A stretch of DNA of 63,552 nt, counting the filler, from Octopus bimaculoides (Eukaryota): NCBI RefSeq assembly GCF_001194135.2. It is 8 parts of 8 records of this genome, joined end to end, with 100 filler letters (N's around TTAATTAATTAA, not from the genome) between each part and the next. Parts side by side here need not be neighbours in the genome. Positions count along the whole stretch, not along the records: positions 50,395 to 59,148 come from NC_068982.1; positions 59,249 to 61,209 come from NW_026409852.1; positions 61,310 to 63,552 come from NC_068988.1; 5 more parts are not named here. One strand, written 5' to 3'. Every line of letters starts with the position of its first letter. Within the stretch, counting starts at the first letter, position 1. A program made the translations under genes and the position numbers. Under the pieces are notes generated by a model. That model did no database searches, was not told the DNA's origin, and saw nothing but the letters and a program-made list of their open reading frames with translations. Of the stretch, positions 51,697 through 63,552 are shown piece after piece.

Positions 51697-52814
51697 CCTT
51701 CAATAAGAGAACTGACACACCCTATAGTCTTAGAGATATATTGAAAGAAGCACCTTTCTAGTTAGCTGCTACGAACGACTTCATTTCATTCGAATAAAAT
51801 ATAAGTTTGCAAGGTTTCGTTTTTCTTTTCTTTTTTTTTCAAATATTAATAGAATACCTGATCATATTCTTATACGCATGCATGATTATATATTGAACAA
51901 ACTTTGTTAATTTTCATAATACAATAGTTAGCTGGAAAGAGATGCTTAAGAAATTGTTTGATAAGGTAGTCCAGTATTTGTTATAATTACTGGAAAGAAA
52001 ACAATCCCAAGAAGAATTTGTATTGAAATTTTCGAAGTAAATGAAAAATAGTTTAATATTGTCCAGAATAATACCTTAACACTTTTTCCCACTAAATCCT
52101 TATAGCCACGCGGTTTATATTAATAGCATAACGTTCATGGTGAGATAAGACAAGGGAGAAAGAAAAAAGGTGAGAAATATTAATCCCTTTAGAATAAATT
52201 ATAGTAATTTTACTATAAATTGGTTTTAAATTATTAGAAGGGATCATTTGTAGTTTAAATGGGTTCACAAAAATATTAAATGTGTATGTGAGAAACACTG
52301 ATGAGCGGAAGGGCGCGCATTGCATGGCAGAAAATGGGGGTCCAATTCGTAGTTAATCCCTTTAAATAAAATGATCCCCCATAAAACTGGCTATTCAACA
52401 ACAACAAAGCATGGCTTGCGTCATACACCTTTCAACACTTTCTATTTTAATCTTTCTCTATCGTTATCTTTGTTTTTTTTTGCATCTAAACTAATTTTCA
52501 GAAAAACATCAAGGTTTCATGAATTTACAAAAAGTGATTTAGAAATATATTCCTTACCCGATTATGTGTACATCTCCTTTCGTACCCTCGAAAAAGCGAC
52601 TGAATTAGTCATCCTTCTTTTTCTTCTTTTTTAATTTTGTAGTATACGTTGTATGTTCAATAATTTTCTGTATCGTTATTGTTTCTTATATACATATATA
52701 TTTTTTTTCCGGAATTATCTCAGCAATTAATATACGAAATAAAACGAAATAACATCCTGTTAATTAACTACAGCTAATTGCATCCGAGCATCTTTTTCTG
52801 CTTTCTTTACTAAC

Positions 52815-52849
52815 TTGCACATTTGTTTTTCCGTTTCTTTTACTTTTTC
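52815..52849 (-). CDS. Candidate 5'-most visible exon of an unidentified gene: EKVKETEKQMC(K); possible ATG at 52822
   Basis: Acceptor tttcttttacttcttaagtaggcag, donor gttagt; 35 nt ending in phase 2, compatible with the 49185 exon. Confidence 0.45.
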
Positions 52850-53120
52850 CTGCCTACTTAAGAAGTAAAAGAAATTATTTCGGTAACTTGACCGAAATAT
52901 AAGAGAGAAGGTAAGATTCGATCCATGTTTCTCCAAGCAGCATGGTTTCCCAAAATAATAACAACTGCGGCAAGTAAAGGTTAAAAAAAAATTCTCCAAT
53001 AACGGCCAGCGGAGGAAAAGGAGGAGGTGTGTTAGTGAAAGGAATAGTAGTGTGAAGTGTTTCACGACAGAAAGCCTCCCCAACTCTGCACTTATCTTAA
53101 CATAGGGGTTGGAGTGTTAG

Positions 53121-53128
53121 TGACGTCA
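53121..53128. promoter_or_regulatory. Perfect CRE palindrome TGACGTCA in a CpG-retaining block upstream of the minus-strand gene
   Basis: Exact consensus about 270 nt upstream of the 52849 exon; function untested. Confidence 0.35.
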
Positions 53129-53252
53129 TAAACACCGTAAAGAGGTAGTGGGAGGAAGTTTGGAGGTGGTCACACGAACGAGTACCTTGGTAACGCTTAC
53201 GCGGTGTACTGTGTACATACGCATATGAGTGTTATACTAACGGATACATGCT

Positions 53253-53286
<34 letters not shown>

Positions 53287-53548
53287 TATGCAGATGCATA
53301 TACACATATATACGTATTGGTTTATGCACACATATAGATGCACGCATGTTTACATATATGAACCTTATTCATAAAAGTATGTGAAAATGTAAATTATGTG
53401 TGTGTGTGTATGCATACCCGCACATATATACACATTAAATGTTTGCATTCTTCAAAAATAGTAGTGACCACAGAGTGTGTTTATTTTTATGACACTTTAT
53501 TGCTGCTGTATATCAGATTTTAATCTTTAAACTTTCTACCCTATACAT

Positions 53549-53581
<33 letters not shown>

Positions 53582-53584
53582 GAA

Positions 53585-53615
<31 letters not shown>

Positions 53616-54720
53616 GAAACACACACACACACACACATCATACGTGCGCGCATCGATTTAGCACCGTGGCATGGGTTGGATGTCACTTGTTGAGGTGGTG
53701 TTCAACGGCTGGATATCCATGTCGCCAGTCCTGATTAAGTTAAAGTGTGTGTGTGAGAGCACATCACATATATATGTACATGTATATATTTCATCATTTA
53801 ACGTCCCTTGTCCATGCTGGCATGGGTTGGACGGTTTGACCAAGGCTGAGGGGCTGCACCAGACCCCAGTCTAATTTGTCATGGTTTCTACGACTGGATG
53901 TCCCTCCCGTGTATATATATATATATATATATATANNNNNNNNNNNNNNNNNNNNNNNNNNNNNNNNNNNNNNNNNNNNNNNNNNNNNNNNNNNNNNNNN
54001 NNNNNNNNNNNNNNNNNNNNNNNNNNNNNNNNNNNNNNNNNNNNNNNNNNNNNNNNNNNNNNNNNNNNNNNNNNNNNNNNNNNNNNNNNNNNNNNNNNNN
54101 NNNNNNNNNNNNNNNNNNNNNNNNNNNNNNNNNNNNNNNNNNNNNNNNNNNNNNNNNNNNNNNNNNNNNNNNNNNNNNNNNNNNNNNNNNNNNNNNNNNN
54201 NNNNNNNNNNNNNNNNNNNNNNNNNNNNNNNNNNNNTTTTTTTTTTTTTTTTTTTTTTGCCAAAGAAGCACATGCATTATACGTCCTTCACTTCAGGTTT
54301 ATTATTGTACTTTTTTTTTTTTGTTTGGAAATCTTTTGTCACACAGCCTGTAACCTCTTCAGCAACACTCCATCCCACATATTTCTTGTTCTGTTTAGTC
54401 CATTCTAATAAGTATATAGTGCATGTTTTTATTTAAGAAAAAAAAATTACCATCCTAAAATATAACATGGCCAATGCCTAGCCAAGTGAGACTGCAGTCA
54501 TGACTGATGTCATCCAAGTGAGATTGTAGTGGTAGCCGATGTTGGTGGCACATAAATAAACACACACTACACTCTCGAAGCGGCTGGTGTTAGGAAGGGC
54601 ACTCAACCATAGAAACCTTCAGACCAGAACCTTCTACAGCTCCCTGGTTTACCAGTTTTCAGTCAAATCATCTAACCCATGCCAGCATGGAAAACAAACG
54701 CTAAATGATGATAACGATGA

Positions 54721-54754
<34 letters not shown>

Positions 54755-55049
54755 TTGTTTTAGCAATCATTAAAATAAGTATTGCAATCAATATCAGCAA
54801 CTAAAACACTTGACAGTGAAACCCTGGCAGGGCTGCTGTCCAGCACTCGAGTAGGTATTGCATTAAAATCACTGGTGCTGGTGCCATGTAAAAGGCACCC
54901 AGTACACTCAGTAGAGTGGTTGGCAACTCCAGCTGTAGAAACCATGCCAGAACAGACAATAGAGCCTGGTGAAGCCCCTGGCCTTACCACTACTGGTCAA
55001 ACTGTCCAACCTATGTTAGCATGAAAAATCGAGGTTAAACAATGATGAT

Positions 55050-55650
55050 GATGATCATCATCATCATCATCATCATTATCATCATTTTTCTATGGACTGA
55101 GTGAGTACTCTGCAACACATCATCTTGCCATTCATTGTAATCCGTTTTTGTCATCTCAATGAAGTTCAGCATCTTAAGGTTACCTTTCTTGACTTCTATC
55201 CATACCTTTCTCTTCCATATCTTTCTTCGTGTTGGATCTCCTAGCACCTCGTTACTCAACTGTTATCATGATAGGCATTGCATGTCTGCACAAGTGCAAT
55301 CATCTCTCTCACACACTGCATCTAATTCCAATTACACCCAGTTTCTCTCTCAGCTCATTTCTGCTCTGTCATTCAAACACATTAGCTAACATCATATATG
55401 CTTCATTTCTTTCCAGCTTTCACACATCCTCAACATCCAGTACACATGTTTCACTACTATGCAACATAGCAATTTGTACACATGCATCTTACAATCTACC
55501 CTTCACTCAAAGAAAGAATCCCTTTGTTATCAGCAAAGGTAATAGCTTTCTGAACTCTTTCCATTCTGTGCTTAATCTGACTACAATATTTTCAGACTAC
55601 TCTCTTTCACTGCTGATTTGGTTATCTAGGTATCAGAACCCAGATACTTG
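55050..55650 (-). mobile_element. Old degenerate RTE LINE 3' ORF region with (GAT)n tail
   Basis: Reverse strand gives decayed FRKLLPLLITKG..LxVKGRL.DACV..AML..SET- and TRRKIW..VKKGNLKML-like segments typical of RTE C-termini; many stops. Confidence 0.65.
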
Positions 55651-58600
55651 AAGCATGTATTGAAAAGTATGTATTTTATTGGTGTACTTCTGCCACATAT
55701 GAAATATTTTTACCCTGTCAGTCTTTCTATTATTCCGCTGCACCTGTTGTGTACTTGTAGTTTATATTGAGCATCTCATGTGAAATTCCTATCAACTCCC
55801 TTTTCACATATTGAGCACAGTCAATTCTTTAATCACAACAATGCCCTGCCTTCTTTCCTAGTGACAAAAACTTTATAGTCTTTGAAAATTTATTCTGAGC
55901 CTTCTTGATTCATGGCTTTGTTTTCATATCTAGAATTTATTCTCTACATCACCCATAGATAGATAGACAAACAGAGAAAGCATCTTCTTTATAATCATTA
56001 CTAAATATCACCAAACAGTTATTGTTATCAAAATTAATGCATCCCAATCTATTTAGAATGAATTAAAAGTTTTCCATTAATTAAAATGAAAGATATTGTT
56101 ATATCTTCCGATTCATGTTATCAGTCACAGTTATCAAAGAAAAACTTCATCCCAAAGGGAACACAACAATCAAATTCAACTGTATATTATGCAAGAATAA
56201 ATATAGCATTTAGTTTTGAACATCAGTGTTTCTCAATTTAGAAAACTCTACCAGGCTCCACTTTCACCTTATTCTGCCACAGGACAAATAAAATAAGTAC
56301 CAGGCATATTCTGGAATTAATTTAATTGACTAAACTTACCCTACCCCATCCACTATCATCACCAAATTTATTACATGCACAAATCAATAAGGAAGCCTTC
56401 ATGCAATCACGGAACCTGCTGGAAAAAGCAGCCAAACCTTCCTTCTTAAAGTTAAATAGCCAATGTAACCCTTAACTTAGAAAGAAAAAAACATGGTACT
56501 CATGGTTATAACATGGTCAACAGTTTAAGAAATTCACTTACATGGTTTAAGGTTCAAACCCAGTGTAGCATCTTCGGTGAATGTTGTTTATTATAACATC
56601 AACTCAATCCAAGACCTATAAGTGAAACTAGGTAGTCAGAAATCTGTTAAGAATCTTGTGAGATGGATTATTGTACCTGTAATGAATAGCTTCCTAGATT
56701 CTAGGCCAGGATTCAAAATCAAATCTACATTTTTCTACAAGTCCTTTCCTATTGTTCTCAGCTTTTCTACTTAGAAATTAATGAGAGTCAACTACCACAC
56801 TTAGTTAGGTTCTATTGTTTAGGTTAACATTTTTAGGTCAAATAGGGTTCAGACAAGATAACAGATGAAAAATATAAATACAGAACACAAATCAAGAAAT
56901 AATACATTTCTAAATCTCTCTCTCAGAGATTTAGAAACATAAGAACACAGGAAATGTGTCAAGGCCGACAGGAAACGGTGCAGCTTCCTAGGTCTAACCA
57001 ACAGTAGTATTATTCCCTTCAGGGGACTGTCACATTAAGTTGACAGCATACAACTAGAACACAAATCAGTTCTACCTCTTTTGCTGGGTGCCTGCCCAAA
57101 GGGGTACATTTGTCTATTTCTCCTGTCATATATGTTTTGTTAACACAGGACAATACAACTTTCACCCTCTCTACTTGTCAACACAAAGAGGTCAATTCTC
57201 TTACTCTTTCTCTCTCTCCTTTTTCCACATGTCTTCTAGTAGTCACTCACAGATGAAGTCAACAACCTATAAAATAGATAACAGAACTACAAATAATCTG
57301 TGTATCACAACTCAAAAAAGTTGTGGTTTACATTCTAATGAAACAAATAAAGGCCATATCATCACTAATATCTTCTTCCTTTCATTTATTTGTTGCATTT
57401 ATTTGCAACATACAAATTGTTCCAATTTTGGTAATGCTGACATGCAAATGTGCACATAATCGTTACAAATCAATAATTCAAAGTTGTTGTTTAATATCTG
57501 TTTATTGTTCTGGCATGGATTAAATGGTTTGACAGGATCCAGCAAGCTGCAGAGCTGTGCTGTGCTCCAGACTGGAAGCTCTTCCTGATGTCAACCACCA
57601 TACAGAGTATACTGGGAGCTTTTTTTCATGCTACCGCCACTAGTGAGGTCATCAGTTATGTTGCAAGACTGAAAAGAACTAGAAAAAGAAAAAATCCCAT
57701 GACTTAGGAAGTGGAACAGTGGATTTATACAAGATGTTGAGAAGCTAAAGTATGAGAAAGACAAGTAAAAGTGGCTTGCTATAGAGGAGATACATGGCTA
57801 CTCACATTATGAGGATTCATAGTAGTAATTAGAAAGATGATAATGAAGCTGGTATGTATGTGTATATATATATATCATCATCATCATTGTTTAACGTCCG
57901 CTTTCCATGCTTGCATGGGTTGGACGATTTGACTGAGGACTGGCAAGCCAGAAGGCTGCACCAGGCTCCAATCTGATCTGGCAGAGTTTCTACAGCTGGA
58001 TGCCCTTCCTAATGCCAACCACTCCGAGAGTGTAGTGGGTGCTTTTACGTGCCACCAGCACAAGGGCCAGTCATACGGTACTGGCAACGGCCACACTCAA
58101 AAAGGTGTTTTTTATGTGCCACCTGCACGGGAGCCAGTCCAGCGGCACTGGCAATGACCTCGCTTGAATGATTTTCTAACATGCCACCAGCACAAGTGCT
58201 AGAAGGCGACACTGGTAACGATGCATGTATCATCATCATCATCATCATTTAACATTTGCTTTCCATGCTGGCATGGGTGGGTTGGTTGGTTGATTTGACA
58301 TGGAGTTGGCTAGCTGTGAGCTTTCTAGACTCCAATTGTCTGTTGTGGTATGGTTTCTACAGCTGGATGCCCTTCCTAACACCAGGCACTTAACAGAGTG
58401 CGCTGGGTGCTTTTTACATCGCACCAGCATGGAAAATATATATGTGTATGTGTGTATGTGTATTTTATCGACCACACATATTCAGTGTATGTGTTTTGTT
58501 TGTTCACTGGTTTGTTGCAATATAGTGCCTGAGAGACGACTCCCTCATTATGCAAGGTATTAAAACACCTGAAGTCATAGACAAGTAAGACAATGAGATT

Positions 58601-58794
58601 TTTTGCCTGTCTATGACTTCAGGTGTTTTAACACCCAGTGTAATAAGAGCATTGTTCACCAGGCATTATACTGCAGCTCACCAGTGAACAAAGAAGCACA
58701 TACATAAACTAGGCGCAGTCAATAATTTTTACAACACTAGTGCTGCTTTTAATTTGTTTTTGAATACACACACACACATACACACATTTGTGTG

Positions 58795-58840
<46 letters not shown>

Positions 58841-58862
58841 TATGTATATATTATATATGTTA

Positions 58863-59292
58863 GTCAACTGCTACAAAGGTAAAGGTGACGCTTTAGATAC
58901 AAATAATTACAGAGGCATCAAGCTGTTAGATTAGGTTATGAAAGTTACAGAGAGGGTCATAGCCCAACTAATTAGGGAGCGAATCAATTTAGATGAGATG
59001 CAGTTTGGGTTTGTGCCAGGTAAAAGCACTACTGATGCCTTATTTCTAGTGAGACAGTTGCAGGAGAAATACCTAGCTAAGGATAAACCTCTGTACCTGG
59101 CTTTCGTTGACATGGAGAAAGCCTTTGACAGGGTCCCCCGATCCCTTANNNNNNNNNNNNNNNNNNNNNNNNNNNNNNNNNNNNNNNNNNNNTTAATTAA
59201 TTAANNNNNNNNNNNNNNNNNNNNNNNNNNNNNNNNNNNNNNNNNNNNATGCTAGCATGGAAAGCGGACGTTAAACGATGATGATGATGATG
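58863..59292 (+). mobile_element. RTE-clade LINE, 5'-truncated: RT fragment (58863-59148), unknown-size gap, then 3' end with (GAT)n tail (59249-59292)
   Basis: YRGIKLLD*VMKVTERV...QFGFVPGKSTTDALF...AFVDMEKAFDRVPRSL; nearly identical to 45987-46293; premature TAG at about 58930. Confidence 0.88.
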
Positions 59293-61777
59293 TGTCCATC
59301 TATTTTAATTTAATTTAATGCTCTGTATTTATGCTGATGAGGATTGCTCTGCATTTAAATTGATGTAATGGTTGCATTGTTCAATTAAATGGAGTCGCTT
59401 GAAACAATCGTACTGCATTACCACTGGATATCCTCGTTGCTTATTTTGATTTTAATCACCTTATTTTGAAACTGTATGAATAATACCGTACTAAATTCTT
59501 GTGCCTCAACTTAGGTACCTAATTCACCTGAATCTATATATAAATATATATATAGGAAATCCAAAAAAGAAGAACAAACACAAAAAAAAGACAACACGAG
59601 GACCTAGTACATGTAAAGTATTAGCAGACATGTACGACAGGCTTCTTTCAGTTTCCGTGTACCAAATCCACTCACAGGGCTTTAGTTGGCCTGAAGCTAT
59701 AGTAGAAGACAATTGCTCAAGGTGCCAAACTGTGGGACTGAACCCCCGGAACCATGTGGTTGGTAAGCAAGCTACTTACCACACACAGCCACTCCTGCAC
59801 CCATATACACAAATGTGTGTGTGTGTGTGTGTGTGTGTGTATACACACCCTCAGAGTTGTATATACACCCTCCTTCATACAAATAAACAAAACGTTGGCA
59901 GATTGGAAGTGGTGTTGCTGGTAGGGGTAGGTTGATTAGGGTGTTGTGCGGTGAGGAGGCTGGTGGGGGTGGGTGTTTAGNNNNNNNNNNNNNNNNNNNN
60001 NNNNNNNNNNNNNNNNNNNNNNNNNNNNNNNNNNNNNNNNNNNNNNNNNNNNNNNNNNNNNNNNNNNNNNNNNNNNNNNNNNNNNNNNNNNNNNNNNNNN
60101 NNNNNNNNNNNNNNNNNNNNNNNNNNNNNNNNNNNNNNNNNNNNNNNNNNNNNNNNNNNNNNNNNNNNNNNNNNNNNNNNNNNNNNNNNNNNNNNNNNNN
60201 NNNNNNNNNNNNNNNNNNNNNNNNNNNNNNNNNNNNNNNNNNNNNNNNNNNNNNNNNNNNNNNNNNNNNNNNNNNNNNNNNNNNNNNNNNNNNNNNNNNN
60301 NNNNNNNNNNNNNNNNNNNNNNNNNNNNNNNNNNNNNNNNNNNNNNNNNNNNNNNNNNNNNNNNNNNNNNNNNNNNNNNNNNNNNNNNNNNNNNNNNNNN
60401 NNNNNNNNNNNNNNNNNNNNNNNNNNNNNNNNNNNNNNNNNNNNNNNNNNNNNNNNNNNNNNNNNNNNNNNNNNNNNNNNNNNNNNNNNNNNNNNNNNNN
60501 NNNNNNNNNNNNNNNNNNNNNNNNNNNNNNNNNNNNNNNNNNNNNNNNNNNNNNNNNNNNNNNNNNNNNNNNNNNNNNNNNNNNNNNNNNNNNNNNNNNN
60601 NNNNNNNNNNNNNNNNNNNNNNNNNNNNNNNNNNNNNNNNNNNNNNNNNNNNNNNNNNNNNNNNNNNNNNNNNNNNNNNNNNNNNNNNNNNNNNNNNNNN
60701 NNNNNNNNNNNNNNNNNNNNNNNNNNNNNNNNNNNNNNNNNNNNNNNNNNNNNNNNNNNNNNNNNNNNNNNNNNNNCCGGAGGAGGAGAAGAAGAAGATG
60801 AAGATGAAAGAAGAGGACCAGAAAGGGAGCAATATGGCACTGATCCCTCGGAGATGGAGAAGGAGGACGTATGGAAGTGGTGGTGGTGGTGGGGATAGGG
60901 AGCGGCGGGGGTGGGGGATTGAAACGCAATTAGATGAATTAAATATTAGGGGCATTATGAGGGTCTCTATCTTCTAGGGAAGGAGTTGTTTTATATATAT
61001 ATATATGTATATATATATATGTTTCTGTGTGTGTGTATGTTATTTATTGGAGACCCCTAAAAATGTGGACATGGGCTCACACACATATACACACTGCCTC
61101 CACAAAACAAAATTAGATAAATGCATAAATGTTGGAAATGAGGGTTCACATTTTAGTGGGGTTCAAATGAAGAACATGTGTAATTTATAAGGGTGTATGT
61201 GTGTGTGTGNNNNNNNNNNNNNNNNNNNNNNNNNNNNNNNNNNNNNNNNNNNNTTAATTAATTAANNNNNNNNNNNNNNNNNNNNNNNNNNNNNNNNNNN
61301 NNNNNNNNNTATATGATATACATGTGCATATATACATACATGTACATATTTACATATGTATGTATATGCACATGCATATATGAGTACAGGACGTCAACAA
61401 ACGTAAACAACATGAAAAACGGGAACATGAATTACAAAAACGAAAGAAACAAATAGAAAAAACGAGACAAGCAACATAAAGAACAATCCCTTCATCAGTT
61501 GTTCACTGTTTTATCTACTCCGCAAGGACCAAAAATTCTTCCCGAACCATGGGCTCATTATACCTGCTTTCCGGATTTAGTGGCGTATATATTCCCCACG
61601 TGGGTGTGACGCCGGTCCGTTGCAAGATCTCTTATTTTTGTCTGTTGGGTAGACTGGAGCAATGTAAAGTGAAGCTTTGTGCTCACGAACACAACGCATC
61701 GCCTGGTTCAGGAATGGAAATCACAATATTACGATTTTGTGTTCAACACCCTAACCGCTCAGCCACACGCGTCTTAA

Positions 61778-61809
<32 letters not shown>

Positions 61810-63477
61810 ATTAATATAAACAACCAGGTGCAACGTGATACCATAAAGGAAAAATTCAATCGTCACTAAGTGTGACTAAGGATGCTAGAAATAAGATAGC
61901 ACTTGGCTGTTTATATTACTTTTTAGTATACGCATTTGCATTTTGCTAAATCAGCCATAAATTTTTATGGTAAATATATATATGTTGGTGGACGGAATCA
62001 GCCGATCACGAGCCGTTCGAGAAGTCACCACTGAAATGCTTACAAATAAGCGAAACTAGCCAAATCTGGTTGATCCTCGGGATAGTCACGAGGCGGTTAC
62101 CTCCCCTGTCAGTATATGTACACACTTGCGCTCTTCTCGCGGTTTTAAATGGAATGATAACTGACGATCGAAGATGGTGCGTTTGAAACGCAGCATAGAT
62201 ATAAATACAGTGGACAAAAATGTAGTCATTATTCTTTTAAGGAGAATTACTGTAAAAATGGTGATTGCTTATATCAAAACGTTCGATACCTAATGTGAAG
62301 TGTTTATATTAACCCAAGTGTGGAAGAGAAGATACGGATTATCAATAGTAAACTGTAGAGACGGATATGGTATGTCCATAAGAGAGACATATGAAGAAAG
62401 GGTAGGGAGTATGTCTATATGTGTGTCAAGTTATACATGTCTGTATGTGTGTGTCAAGTTATATACATATGTCTCAAACTGCAATGAGCCAACGTGATCA
62501 CTGGATCTGGCAGAAATAGTAGCTAAGTTACCATTCTGCAATATCTTATCCAGGTTATACTATGCTCTAAAAAAGCAGGATGCTCACGGCTGGAATGTCT
62601 TTAGTTAAAATTCAGTTCTAGCAGGACTAACCTGATGTTTAGTATTAATAATACTGGCCAAGAGGAAATGTCAACCCTTCCTCACGACATCTGTGAAATA
62701 GCTGTCAAAAATATCTCAAACAACACTGTAAAGTCTTCAAAAAGCAAAAGAGAAAAAATGTACGAATAAAGACAGGATGGTCATTTCTGGAAGATCTTTC
62801 ATCAAAAGCCTATATATTCGGATTTGATACGAAGAGAGTATAACAATAATGGGGACCCATCATGAACATAAATAGAATGGTAACCACCTATATTGATATC
62901 ACTCTAATATTTATCACCGATCTCCACTATATCTTACTCATAGATCTAATTGATACAACACAATTCATTTTTGCTCCTTTTAAGTCTTCATAACAATTTC
63001 TTATTTCTTTATTGCCCACAAGGGGCTAAACATAGAGGGGACAAACAAGGACAGACAAAGAGATTAAGTCGATTACATCGATCCCAGTGCGTAACTGGTA
63101 CTTAATTTATCGATCCCGCAAGGATGAAAGGCAAAGTCGACTTCGGCGGAATTTGAACTCAGAACGTAACGGCAGACGAAATACTGCTAAGCATTTCACC
63201 CGACGTGCTAACGTTTCTGCCAACTCACTGTCTTCATAACAATTTCTACTGATCAAAGACACGTTTAATCACACTCTGTATGTAGGTATGTATGTATTAA
63301 TGTATGTGTGTGTGTGGTGTGTGTGTGTGTGTGTGTGTGTGTGTCTGTGTGTGTGTGTGTGTGAGACTGGTCTAAAAAAGGTAATGTATGTACGCATACT
63401 TACAGTTATATGCACATGCAGACTGCAAAATAAAGGTCAGTGAGTAACTAACCCCAGTTCAAATATACATCCATATA

Positions 63478-63552
<75 letters not shown>

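Noticed and set aside
56907-56937. 13-bp perfect hairpin tttctaaatctct/agagatttagaaa
   Set aside because: Short, AT-rich and centred on a CT microsatellite; no supporting context.

Overview
Gapped eukaryotic animal genomic DNA, rich in microsatellites and SINE/LINE/MITE repeats. The repeat landscape suggests an Octopus draft assembly (inference). I can support three protein-coding genes. (1) A + strand TMEM120 (TACAN-family) gene: eight phase-consistent GT-AG exons between 525 and 14587, with two expected exons missing (probably in the 13167-14063 gap) and a long Thr/Ala/Pro-rich C-terminal tail. (2) Tail-to-tail with it, an intronless 5-HT6-type serotonin receptor (15314-16426, -). (3) An unidentified multi-exon gene on the - strand (about 46495-52849), mostly invisible in the ORF track; its last exon has an in-frame TGA followed by 83 more open codons. 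The rest is intronic or intergenic: fragments of RTE, R4/Dong and Penelope retroelements, several tRNA-derived SINE families, piggyBac-like and hAT-like MITEs, Helitron-type ends, minisatellites and four long near-perfect inverted repeats. The recurring N44-TTAATTAATTAA-N44 blocks are assembly spacers. No rRNA, intact tRNA gene or CRISPR array was seen. Repeat boundaries are approximate; exon boundaries were read base by base.
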